DNA of 45,269 nucleotides. Origin: Dicyema japonicum. Its lineage: Eukaryota; Animalia; Dicyemida. The translations under genes and the position numbers were made by a program. Of the stretch, positions 23,201 to 35,238 are shown piece by piece. The notes under the pieces were generated by a model, which worked only from the letters and a program-made list of their open reading frames with translations, was not told where the DNA came from and made no database searches. The stretch is from positions 2,021,452 to 2,066,720 of the forward strand of contig RDEW01000002.1 in NCBI GenBank assembly GCA_011109175.1, written 5' to 3'. Positions within the stretch are counted from its first letter, which is position 1. Each line of letters starts with the position of its first letter.

Positions 23201-24479
23201 TTTTTTTAATTTAAAAAAAAAACATGTAAAATTTTTTGATTCGATAGTCCCATTAGAGAAGTAGAACATAATATCCGGGGATATGGGTTCATCAGTAGTT
23301 CTCTGAGGGGTACTTGTATGGGAATCTGTATTGTTGAGGATGCTCGGGTAAAGAACATCCAATCCATTTTGAAGGTTCATAAAAGTTTTGATTCGATAGT
23401 CCCATTAGAGAAGTAGAACATAATATCCGGGGATATGGGTTCATCAGTAGTTCTCTGAGGGGTACTTGTATGGGAATCTGAATTGTTGAGGATGCTCGGG
23501 TAAAGAACATCCAATCCATTTTGAAGGTTCATAAAAGAGTCTTTGGCGTAGGTTGCCATCACAAGTGCGGAAAAGCTTAATGTCGAAGGTTACACCCAAG
23601 ATTTTTTGAGTTTTTTCCGAGAGATTTTATTTCCATCAATGGTAATGTCTATAACACACTTGCCAAGCTTTCGGTTAGTTGTGAACAGTCAACTTTTCTG
23701 CACTTGCCTGTAAGGAATTTTTATCAAACAATCAACTGAGATTGTCCAAACTGTTATATGCTCGCAGTATTTGTTATATTCTCATCCCCCAATGCGGGAC
23801 AATGTAAAATTTAATAGGACAAAAGATAGAAGAGATCCGTTGTAAGTAAATTTTATAAAACAATCAACTGAGATTGTCCAAACTGTTATATGCTGACAGT
23901 ATTTGTTATATTCTCATCCCCCAATGCGGGACAATGTAAAATTTAATAGGACAAAAGATAGAAGAGATCCGTGGGGAAACCCATATGTCGAGAGCGCTGA
24001 GAGTGATAACTAGGGCGAATTTTTTAACCTAAAAAATAAATACTTTAACTTAAAAAAATTAACTTTATTAACTTAAAAACTAAAAAAATTAACCCAAAAA
24101 TTTAACTTTATTACTAAACAATAAAAACGCTAAAACTTTTTGTTACACATACAAATAACATAATTTTCTAAATTTCCTGGTAGAAAATGTCTGTTGGATT
24201 TTAGAAAATTCTTAATCTCTAAAAAAATTAACCCAAAAATTTAACTTTATAACTAAACAATAAAAACACTAAAACTTTTTGTTACACATACAAATTACAT
24301 AATTTTCTAAAATTCATGGTAGAAAATGTCAGTTGGATTTTAGAAAATTCTTAATCTCCGAGAAACATCGTTCAATCGAGCACGAAGTAGGCTGACAATT
24401 CAGGAGTAATGAATACTCGGCGGAGATACATGTGAATTATTCATTTTCATTATTTTTGAAATATCATTTTTGAAGCCTT

Positions 24480-25550
24480 TTATTTATGTATTCTTTAATA
24501 AATTTGTTGTCATTTCCAAATTCCAACGATTCTATACTATCAAATGCTTGTTTAGTTGTGAAGCGTATACTTTTAGATTTCGTAATAATATCTGCAATAG
24601 CTACATTATTCGGAAACTTGGAATGTTCGAATAGCTTCGGATAAGGTCACATAGACTGCTAACTAACACGTAGTTTTTGAGACTTTCTTCAGCTGTTCGA
24701 ACTAGATATCCATCATCCGCGAATGATTCGAAAATATTTTGAAATCCGATCAGATTTTCTGAATAGTATATAGCGGCCTTAAGCCAGGTCCTTCCGGATA
24801 AGAGTCTCTTATTTTCTCACAACAATTGTGTAATAGCCACATGTGACATGGAATAACTTGGGGTAAAGATTTTTAAGTATTTTGCCAGCTGAAACGTAAA
24901 ATTTTACCTGATTTCATATAATTTGCAGCATCCGAAATTCACAAAAAGAAATTTTCCCTTTGAACCAAATTATTTCAAAGTGCATCGTCGACTATCTGAG
25001 TAATGATGTTCTTGTTAGGAGCAGATTCTATCGCCTTAAACGATATCAGATATGTTGTTTCAGGAGAATTTAACGATCCAATCATCACAGCAACGTATCT
25101 TTGGCCCCGGATTTTTGTTTCATCTGTAATAGCAAAAACTTTTTGATTGCTACAAAATAAAGTAAATTTTTATACGCAAGTTTTTGTTGAATTAACAATT
25201 TTTGATCCATTATGATTTGATCCACAGAGCTTCTAGGTTTTGATGGTGAGGGAACTCATACAGAGCCTCAGTAAAACAATTCTCTAAGCGACGGCATAGA
25301 TAGTTTGTTTATTGGAATATCAGATTCTACGAATGCTCTGGTTACTTGTAGAGCCCAATCAGCCAGTGTGTTTGGGACGATTCGGTCAGATTATCTACAA
25401 AAAATAATCGTTATTTCGCAAAACTTATTGAATTTTGATGTTTTGTTAGGCTCGATGGAAATTTACAAAATGCCTTTTCTCGCATTTTATATTACACAAA
25501 CAGAGTCGACAATATAGCGCACCATCCTTAAGAAACATACATTATTTAGG
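24480..25550 (-). mobile_element. CGGBP1-like hAT transposase pseudogene
   Basis: GALYCRLC...KRHFV.FH zinc finger; RAFVESDIPINKL; DETKIRGQRYVAVMIG; ISDAANYM...LKNLYPKLFHVTC..LHNCCEKIR; WLKAAIYYSENL; several stops. Confidence 0.8.
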
Positions 25551-25899
25551 ATAATCTTTTACAATGGCCTTAACTTTAATTCGGTACAATTTTGCTATCT
25601 TAGGCATGTCAGCCAAAAATTTTAGTGACATCATATATTATTAATAGTTAATTTACAAAAAATTAATAAATTAAATAAAATAATTATAAGGTTAAAATAA
25701 TTTTAAATTTTAACTTTTTTGACTTTTCACCCTGTCATGTCTGTACAAATTAATCAATACATAAGTTTATGAATAATTCTGTAAATTTTAAAAATTAACC
25801 ACGTTGTCCTGATGCCCAGCAAAGTTACTATAAAAAACTGAAGATTACAACATAATAAAATCCATCCTCTAAGGACAAGATCTAAATACACATGCTGCT

Positions 25900-26570
25900 C
25901 GGAAGTATGGACTAAAAAAGATGGCTGAAAACTTTTTTTTAATTGACGGAAAACTCTATCTTCAAGATTCTTTATCTAATCACAAGTTTGTAATTGTTTC
26001 AACCAACACAGTGGAGATGCGGATAATTGCCGAAGAGGTCCATGACGCTAACCATTGTGGACACAATGCAATGGAAGAATTGTGTGGAAAAAGATTCTGC
26101 TTTATTAAAATAGACGTCATTCGTCAGGTGACAAGATCCATGACGCTAACCATTGTGGACACAATGCAATGGAAGAATTGTGTGGAAAAAGATTCTGCTT
26201 TATTAAAATAGACGTCATTCGTCAGGTGACAAGAGACTGCAATATATGCCACTCTGCAGTGCAAAATTATGTTATTTCCAATTTTGTAAATGATAATGAT
26301 CATTTTTCTTGGTTATTAACTGTCACTGAGGTCGATGTTTCATTACACGGAATCTTAGAAATAAAAGTGGCATTCAAGTTGCTGAAAAATTAAACGGTAT
26401 TTTCATGGATTATGGCCCGTGCAGATATTTACGGTCTGATAACGGGACAGAATTCAAGAATCTTCACATTGTTAAGTTATGTGAAGAATTCAAAATCACT
26501 CAAATTCATGGAAGGCCAAACAATCCCCAGAGATAGTTGAACGATTCAATTAGACGTTCACAAGGAATTT
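25900..26570 (+). mobile_element. Ginger/GIN-like (KRBA2-type) integrase remnant
   Basis: HHCC zinc domain HDANHCG...DCNIC; core YGPCRYLRSDNGTEFKN...HGRPNNPQ..IVERFN. Confidence 0.8.
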
Positions 26571-27525
26571 TTTGTAATTTCAGTTTTTAGGCGTTGTATC
26601 ACGTATAAAAAATTATATCAATGTTTTTAATACTGGAACTATTCAAACAAATGTTCCCAGAAAAAATCAATGCTCTCCAATACTTTATCTCGAAAATTGG
26701 ATTAAATTGTTTTTGAAGCTTTTACCAAGACAAGAGAGGAATTCATTCCTTTTAAAAAANAAACAATCCCCAGAGATAGTTGAACGATTCAATCAGACGT
26801 TCACAAGGAATTTTTTGTAATTTCAGTTTTTAGGCGTTGTATCACGTATAAAAAAATTATCTCAATGTTTTTAATACTGGAACTATTCAAACAAATGTTC
26901 CCAGAAAAAATCAATGCTCTCTCTAATACTTTATCTCGAAAATTGGATTAAATTGTTTTTGAAGCTTTTACCAAGACAAGAGAGGAATTCATTCCTTTTA
27001 AAAAATATTGTTTCTAAAATAGCAAGGATGTTGAATTATTCGCCGTTTAAAGGGTCCAATGGCTGGTTTGAAAAATTTAAGAAATAACATCAGTTGTCAT
27101 TAAACAAATGATTAAGCAAAAGAGAAAATTGTTTCGTTACTTGATAACAGAAGTTGCTACANCCCAGAAAAAATCAATGCTCTCCAATACTTTATCTCGA
27201 AAATTGGATTAAATTGTTTTTGAAGCTTTTACCAAGACAAGAGAGGAATTCATTCCTTTTAAAAAAATATTGCTTCTAAAATAGCAAGGATGTTGAATTA
27301 TTCGCCGTTTAAAGGGTCCAATGGCTGGTTTGAAAAATTTAAGAAATGACATCAGTTGTCATTGAACAAATGATTAAGCAAAAGAGAAAATTGTTTTGTT
27401 ACTTGATAACAGAAGTTGCTACAGGAATATCCATCTTTCCAACATTGAATTGTTTTTTCTTCAAAAAATGTAACCTCATTAATTCAACCGTTAGACATGG
27501 GTGTTATTAAATCCTTTTAATTATC
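26570..27525 (+). mobile_element. pogo/Tigger transposase remnant, duplicated across the N at 26760 and 27162
   Basis: PFKGSNGWFEKFKK (CENP-B HTH) and NVTSLIQPLDMGVIKSF (DDE_1). Confidence 0.75.
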
Positions 27526-27739
27526 CTAACGCTTTAATGGATTTTGCTCTTTCTTTTGAGGGCCTTGAGTTACTAATGTTTATTTTAAAAAAATAATAAT
27601 AATTACTGGGTAATAATAATAATAAAGCCTTTTCACGAGAGCCATAGTATTTATATCTCCGCATAGGCAGGACATACACTTTATTTAAGTAAAGAACAGT
27701 TAATTTTAACTAATCGTAGAACCAAGGAATGATTTTCAC

Positions 27740-27937
27740 TTCTTTTTTTCTTTTTTTGTGTGGGTCATTTCTAGACAATCCAGTTCCGCAGTGAGTATCC
27801 ACTGATGACGGCGCCACTCGTCAAACTTTTTTAGCATCGTAGATGCGTGGAACCTTCTACCAGGTGAACAGCAGCGAGAATCGAACCCGTAGCCTAAGCC
27901 ACTTTAGCTCGACACCTAGTCACTATGCCACCCGGCC
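27740..27937 (-). mobile_element. tRNA-derived SINE-like element
   Basis: Head GGCCGGGTGGCATAGTG (A box) ... GGGTTCGATTCTCG (B box) with a poor cloverleaf, ~110-nt body, and an A-rich tail ACACAAAAAAAGAAAAAAAG. Confidence 0.55.
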
Positions 27938-28689
27938 GTTACTGGGTAAACGTGGCAAAAAAAATTGAATAGTTGGGAAACAATTAATAGCTGTCGGCGA
28001 CAAATTCTTAATTCAAATTTTTTAATTAATAATGAGAAAGAAAATTTGGACATCATAATTGCAGATGTAATTACTGAAAATGAACAAGAAAATGATGATA
28101 AGTCCCCAAACTGAATGCAACTGTCGACACTTAGACATAATAACAGCAATGAATGACCTTGATATGAATATTCACCGTTTGTTTCCCGGTGCGTTAAAAG
28201 ACTATCACAATTTCAGAAAAACTGTTTTAAAAAATACACTAGTTAACAATAAAATTAATAGAAAACATGTATAAATGTTCATANGGGTAGTTTGAAAATG
28301 GCATAATTTTTATGCGTATTTTCAAAAAATTGGAAAATATCGGAACCTCTAAGTGGGGCACTGGATTTTTACTTGATATGAATATTCACCGTTTGTTTCC
28401 CGGTGCGTTAAAAGACTATCACAATTTCAGAAAAACTGTTTTAAAAAATACACTAGTTAACAATAAAATTAATAGAAAACATGTATAAATGTTCATAAAA
28501 ATACTTTACTTATTAATAAAATTAATAAAAAAATAAGTTAAAACTGTTAGTTTTTATAAAAATGAAGAAAATATCGGATCTCTGTTTTTGGGGCAATTTT
28601 TCAAAATGAATGCTCCAAATGGAGGTTGTACTGTAATTGGTTATCTTTGATGTAATAGATTATTTTTATTTTTGACATTGATTAAAAGT

Positions 28690-29400
28690 TATGGATCACT
28701 TTCAGCGCTCGTGACACATTAGATAGCCTCGACACAAAACATCGGTGTCCATGATATACTCCAACCCTACGTCCACTCAAAAAATTTTGATCAAGTTCCA
28801 TAGACCTGAAGAATTCAATAGAGATGGAGGCTTGGTAACGCAAAAAACCAGACAACTTAAGAGTTTGATGGTTTGTTAATGAATCCCCGGTCTTCAAGGA
28901 TGATATATTATAGTCTAGCCTTTCTAAAGACGATTTCTAAAGTTGAAATTCTCGTGGTGAATAAAACGAAATTTAAGAAGGTTGGCTGCTCCACATTAGA
29001 GGGACTATCAACCAGAGGATGTTTTATGAAAGTATAGAGCAATTGTGCGTAAAAAAAGGTCTCTTCAAACGAGAGATCCACGTGTCATCACTTTGGCATG
29101 TTGAAAGTCTCTATCTGTTACGTCGGCTTTGGTGGGACATTGATAAATGTTGGGGGCAAAACGTTCAGAAAATGATCTTGAATGTTTTAAGGCTAAAAAG
29201 TCACGATATCCAAGGAACGCTTCCGAAGACTGGATTAACCTGCATTGGCAAACCGTTACTTTCGGCGTCATTAAATGTAGCATATAAAGTTGTGAAATAA
29301 AAGGAGCCCATATTGCAGATGCAGCGGTTCACAAGTTGGGTTTCCGACCCTTGCAAAAAAAAGCACTGCAAATTCAGGTTCCATTTGCAACGACTTAGCC
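28690..29400 (-). mobile_element. Degraded APE-type LINE RT fragment
   Basis: DFQH, FRKA and NFLSGRRVGV.HG...SR fragments. Confidence 0.45.
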
Positions 29401-29844
29401 ATGTGAATCTGGATTTTTCATCGCCACTAAATATAAAAAAATAAGTACTGAAGAGCTCTTAATCCTGAAAACGATCTCGGAATTACACTAGCAAACAAAA
29501 AACCACGCTTCAAAGAATTAAAACTAAAAGGCAGGAAAAGTCTCAAGGAAAGTGACGTCTTTAAGATCTGTGTTAATTATTGATGGCAAAGTTTTTTGTG
29601 GCTCACCGCTAAAAGCGCCTGAGCAGAGGAAATATGATTCCATTATGTCATAAGCAGGGTCGGAATGATTCACCCGTAATAAGTGCTAATATAATACAAT
29701 CGGCTCGTGGTAATAATTGTATCCATGTGCTCCGGTTTGCAAGCTGTGTATAGGTCTTGGTTTTTTATAAGCAAGATTTCTCCAGGGTGTTTTTTAGAAG
29801 TAACCAATTGAGGGACGTCACCACCTCAGTAAATTGATAATATT

Positions 29845-30200
29845 TAGCTTATAGTTTAATTGTACCCTTTATGTCGATTCTGGATGGACTCTGTTTCTGT
29901 GGAAGTGGAAACTGGATACACTTAATCAGTTGTTTACTATAACTTCTTTCTCGGTGTATCCGGGGTAAATGAATAAATAAATAGCGGCTGTTAAAAGAAA
30001 GGTCCCTGACCAAATCTTCTGATGAAGATCGCATTATGAAAACTATTCTGCTAAAGAATGAATTGATGTCCGCGACGGTAGGACGTGGGACAAAATGGAT
30101 GAGGGCGGACCTACTTCTCCACCTCTCTTCGGGAGCGGAAGCCTGTAATGAAGTATTGGAAGATGGATTTGGTCGGCACAAGCAGGTGTTCTCCCTTTAA
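29845..30200 (-). repeat. Dispersed repeat family (probable LINE 3' end); related copies at 32340-32545, 35480-35720, 43760-43975
   Basis: Shared attatgaaa-ct-tt-cgccgaagaat-aa...ggacgtg and ggatggactctgttt-tgt-gaagtggaaa-tggatacac blocks; peptide ASAxEERWRS...HF...FIM recurs. Confidence 0.55.
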
Positions 30201-30984
30201 TTCCTTACTTGGATCAGTTAGTTGTGACTGTTTGTGATGGGCTTACATTGATAAACCTGAGGTTAATAATAATTTCTTCAATAAATAGAAAATTTATTGA
30301 AATTTGCTATCTACACAAAATAACTCAAAAAGGGTAGTTCGTATGAGGTTTTTGAGTATTATTGTAAAAATTAATTAAGCAAAAAATAATCTATACTTTT
30401 AGTGAAAATAGAATTGTAATCGAAAGATGCTTGAAGCAATCTATCGAAATAAACTACAGAGCAATTTATACGTCGATATTGTTGTATAAATTGTCACCGT
30501 CCGTACGTGGAACTCTATTTTTTGCATTTTTCTAATATTTTTCTTGACTATTTTATTTATTAAAAAATGTCATTTCTGATTAATGTCTTATAATCTACTA
30601 AAAATTAAAAAAAACTAAACGAAAATTAACTTTTAATATAAAAAATTATTATATATTTAACCCTCCTATTTCTAAGTATAATCAGATTCCTAGCTTTTCA
30701 TAACTCTAATCTCAAGCCTGAACCTTTAACCANTTCAATAAATAGAGAATTTATTGAAATTTTCAATCTACACAAAATAACTCAAAAAGGGTAGTTCATT
30801 TGAGGTTGCTGACTATTATTGTAAAAATTAATTAAGCAAAAAATAATCGATACTTTTGGTGGAAATAGAATTGTAAAAAATTAAAAAAAAACTAAACGAA
30901 AATTAACTTTTAATATAAAAAATTATTATATATTTAACCCTCCTATTTCTAAGTATAATCAGATTCCTAGCTTTTCATAACTCT

Positions 30985-31130
30985 GATCTCAAGCCTTAAC
31001 CTTTAACCATAACACTAAATCCCAACCCTATCCTTAACCCTATCTCTTACCGTATACCCTATTCCTAAGTCCTACCATAAGCTGTAACCTTAAACCTAAT
31101 CCTAACACATTCCTAAACGGTATCCCTAAC
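30985..31130. repeat. Degenerate (CCCTAA)-like hexamer array
   Basis: ccttaacctttaaccataacactaaatcccaaccctatccttaaccctatc...cctaatcctaac...ccctaac. Confidence 0.55.
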
Positions 31131-31463
31131 GACATTTTATTTTAACTCAAGAACTAACAGTTTGCAACTGCTAGCTGCTCTCACAATTGAAAACGCATTT
31201 CCCCTGACGATTTGCAATGAAATGCACTTAATGAACCACCTCTTGTTTCTCGTATCGTTTTTCTTTTTCGCGATGATTGAGCCGAGCCTGTTAGCAGGGT
31301 CAGTGACCTGCTTCCACTTATTCCTGTCTTTTTGATTGACACTGGTTCAAAGATGAATTGTCCTGAAAGATATGCGTATTTTTTTTATCTTTAGAGTCTC
31401 AGCCTTTTCCGAGACAGAGTCTAGTCAGTTGCTGTCGTTGTGGTGCTAAGAGAAANNNNNNNN

Positions 31464-32185
31464 TGCCCAATGTGAACTTTGGGTGCTATAAGCTAACAAG
31501 AAGGACCGCACAATCTCTGCTAAATTGGTCATGCCCCTCATGCCCCGGGAATATTGGCAGAAGGAGAGAACCCTTCCTGGACCAGTCCTGGACCTATATA
31601 ACACGGACGAATGTCTACGCCGTTTGAATGGTCTCGTGTCGGAGAGGATTCACTCAGGATCCCAAGATCGGCATTTCTAACAGCTGCCTCTTTGTCTTCA
31701 GAGCTAGTCACCAGGAAACTCTATAACAATATTCAAGATGCCTGGATAATCTTCTCTGCTTTGCACCTCTTGTCCATGGATCACACCCGACCGAACTGAA
31801 AGAAAAAAACCTCAATTTAATCATCAAGAGAAATACCTCTAAATAGGATACTGTTAACCTGGCGACTGCACTAGGAAGTCATTCGATTGCTGACCATCCG
31901 GCCTCATCGTCCATTATCAAAAAAGACAAGTGGGACATACGCCATGAAGTGAATTAAAAGGTCATGGTCGGGGACATTCGGAGTGGTTTGTGTACGCTTT
32001 CCAGCAATGACAAGGTTATTTTACCAACTAAAGAAATCCTTGAGTTCATCATCCAAAAACATCCATCCGCCCCGTCGGATCTACGCGAGACAGAAATTGG
32101 GAAGGACATCTCACATTAGGAAACCACCACAGATGAAATACGATCTGCTTCACGCTACTTCACGCTCCCACCTACTTATATAATG
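31464..32185 (+). mobile_element. CRE-like retrotransposon 5' remnant with the end of a PHD finger
   Basis: FGCYKLTRRTAQSLLNWSCPSC; LRIPRSAFLTAASLSSEL...W; EVN*KVMVGDIRSGLCTLSSND; TTDEIRSASRYF, colinear with the 38-41 kb element. Confidence 0.65.
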
Positions 32186-33213
32186 CTATGGTACATACGA
32201 AGATGAGTTACTCGAAGATTCCGGAGTACATGTGGAGGAAAAGAAGAAACAAAGAAATCTTCAACCAAGTCGGCTTATTAGTTGAATGCACTTCACAGGA
32301 TGAAGGAAGTAAGATTCCAGAGAGAGGTTAATTACTTCTTAACATCTTATCGGTATCTCCCTGACCAACTCCACTGGTGAAGAGTACATTATGAAATCTC
32401 TTTCGCCGAAGAATAAAGTGTCTATGACGGTAGAACGTGTGATGAAAATAGACGAGGATAGACCTATTTCTCTACTCTCTTCTGAAGCGGAAGCCCGTAA
32501 TAGACAATTGGAGGATGGATTTGGTCGCTACAAGCAGACGTTCTTGATTGGGTTAATTAGGTCTGATATTTGTGCTGGGCTTGTCTAACATGTATGCCAG
32601 AGGTCAAATAAATAATCTTGTTTTGGTTACCATACTCTCATCTCCCTTCATAAAGAACTCAGGAGACATCAAAAAACCTCATGTTTTGAAGCACGGAAGC
32701 ATCAGATGCACTGATGTATTATTTCGAATCTTACTTTCCAATATTGGGGGAACAAAGCTAGAATCTAAATATCGTTAAATAAGAAAATTGACACACCTGG
32801 ATGAGGAGAGAGCTCCACGCTGGCTCAGTATAATTCCCATTCTTTTCGACGTCAAGAAATATGGTATATTTGTGAGTCAAGGTTATCTGTGACCTTGGGT
32901 TATCTTTTTTAATCGGTCGAGGACCGCTTTCTGAAATCGAAATGAAATACATTCACTATTGCCTTCGATTCTTCTCCCCCGCCTTTAATTGAAGACTAAA
33001 CGCCTAATACGACTGCTCTTCACTCCAAAACCATTTTCACAAAATACACTTATGATCTCCCAAATATTGACAGTGTTATAAAATTTACGTTTTAGTCGTT
33101 CATCGAAGCCACAAAGATAAATGAAGTTTTCTAAGTTCCTTGTTTACAGTTATTTTTGACATTCATTGACATTGACGGATCACTCTCAACGCTCGCGAAA
33201 TAGTTTTCAAATT

Positions 33214-33611
33214 TTTTTTTTTTAAAAGAACACTTTTAAATGTAAAAATTAAATTAAGGCATCTGAATGGCCATGCTATTTCCCCTAACAATAGCCAACG
33301 AGATACGTTCTCGGAACCAACTAGTCTCTCGCGGATTTTTGGTCACAGCTTGAATCATGGAGCCGATCTTACGAACCAACTCATCTGCTTGGGGGCCAAG
33401 GATTCCTGACGTTTCCACCGCGAATGGAACAAAAAGATACTCCTCCGAAATTCTCTGGTACTTCCTCCTCTTCCGTTCCTCGGCCTGCTTTGAAGCATGT
33501 CCTGGGTCTGAAGCAGAAGCAACCAAATTAGACGGGGAATAAGTATCAACACACGTCGCGTCCCAGATAAGGTTTCGTCCGTTGGCGAATGGAAAAGTCG
33601 TCATCCCATCA
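33214..33611 (-). mobile_element. CRE-like retrotransposon 3' end with RLE domain and poly(A) tail; upstream part lost in the gap
   Basis: DGMTTFPFANGRNLIWDATCVDT...AEERKRRKY...FVPFAVETSG...ERISLAIVRGNS*, a short 3' UTR, then about A12. Confidence 0.88.
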
Positions 33612-34759
33612 NNNNNNNNNNNNNNNNNNNNNNNNNNNNNNNNNNNNNNNNNNNNNNNNNNNNNNNNNNNNNNNNNNNNNNNNNNNNNNNNNNNNNNNNN
33701 NNNNNNNNNNNNNNNNNNNNNNNNNNNNNNNNNNNNNNNNNNNNNNNNNNNNNNNNNNNNNNNNNNNNNNNNNNNNNNNNNNNNNNNNNNNNNNNNNNNN
33801 NNNNNNNNNNNNNNNNNNNNNNNNNNNNNNNNNNNNNNNNNNNNNNNNNNNNNNNNNNNNNNNNNNNNNNNNNNNNNNNNNNNNNNNNNNNNNNNNNNNN
33901 NNNNNNNNNNNNNNNNNNNNNNNNNNNNNNNNNNNNNNNNNNNNNNNNNNNNNNNNNNNNNNNNNNNNNNNNNNNNNNNNNNNNNNNNNNNNNNNNNNNN
34001 NNNNNNNNNNNNNNNNNNNNNNNNNNNNNNNNNNNNNNNNNNNNNNNNNNNNNNNNNNNNNNNNNNNNNNNNNNNNNNNNNNNNNNNNNNNNNNNNNNNN
34101 NNNNNNNNNNNNNNNNNNNNNNNNNNNNNNNNNNNNNNNNNNNNNNNNNNNNNNNNNNNNNNNNNNNNNNNNNNNNNNNNNNNNNNNNNNNNNNNNNNNN
34201 NNNNNNNNNNNNNNNNNNNNNNNNNNNNNNNNNNNNNNNNNNNNNNNNNNNNNNNNNNNNNNNNNNNNNNNNNNNNNNNNNNNNNNNNNNNNNNNNNNNN
34301 NNNNNNNNNNNNNNNNNNNNNNNNNNNNNNNNNNNNNNNNNNNNNNNNNNNNNNNNNNNNNNNNNNNNNNNNNNNNNNNNNNNNNNNNNNNNNNNNNNNN
34401 NNNNNNNNNNNNNNNNNNNNNNNNNNNNNNNNNNNNNNNNNNNNNNNNNNNNNNNNNNNNNNNNNNNNNNNNNNNNNNNNNNNNNNNNNNNNNNNNNNNN
34501 NNNNNNNNNNNNNNNNNNNNNNNNNNNNNNNNNNNNNNNNNNNNNNNNNNNNNCTGAGACCCCAGGTCAGCTTCCACACCTCCTTGCTCTATCCACCGTC
34601 CGTGTGATTGTCCACTGTCTTTTAGCAGCACTAAGAAAACTGGGTATAGATCGGTTCGAGTAAATGAGACGACTTCCTGAGAACTCAGGGAGAAGGGAAT
34701 ATAGTAACCCCCACAGTAAATAAGATAAATTATTAAATATAAATAAGAATGAATAATAT

Positions 34760-35238
34760 TTAAGGGCTGTGGCTCACAAACTTGAAATACAGGAGAGGAT
34801 ATCTCGTCTCGTCCACGAAGGCTGAGTTTAAAACACAAATTACAAGTATGCTCGAACTCTTCGGCCACAAATTTGTCAAAGTTCCGTCGAGATGCCTGTG
34901 GAATCAACCAGGCGTCCACGAAGGCTGAGTTTAAAACACAAATTACAAGTATGCTCGAACTCTTCGGCCACAAATTTGTCAAAGTTCCGTCGAGATGCCT
35001 GTGGAATCAACCAGGAGACGAGAATGGAGTAACCACACTTGGAGTGGTAAATATTCTGTATTTGGGCGTAGTAAACATCGTCATCAAGGATGGCCACAAT
35101 ATCCCCGATTCTGTATGTTTGATACTACACTGAATAAACATTTGAGACTTTGAAGCAGACCGAGTGCACAGACTGAGTATTTTTGAATGAAAAATTCTCG
35201 CGGAACTAAACGTCATTTTATGTAAACACATCGTCCAT
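34760..35238 (-). CDS. GATAD1: GATAD1-like protein, C-terminal domain only (101 aa without the internal duplication); introns 35206-35229 (24 nt), 35125-35148 (24 nt), 34925-34946 and its duplicate 34822-34843 (22 nt)
   Basis: Spliced SVCFK|YQTYRIGDIVAILDDDVYYAQI...SWLIP...KF...YFKFVSHSP matches the recalled GATAD1 pattern SIFYKGVYYQIGDVV...YYAQIRG...TWLIP...YLEFVCHAP. Confidence 0.82.

Noticed and set aside
32700-32830. EPAWSSLLIQLCSPNIGN resembling carbamoyl-phosphate synthase small subunit DPSY...PLIGN
   Set aside because: Needs an assumed intron and the flanks do not continue the similarity
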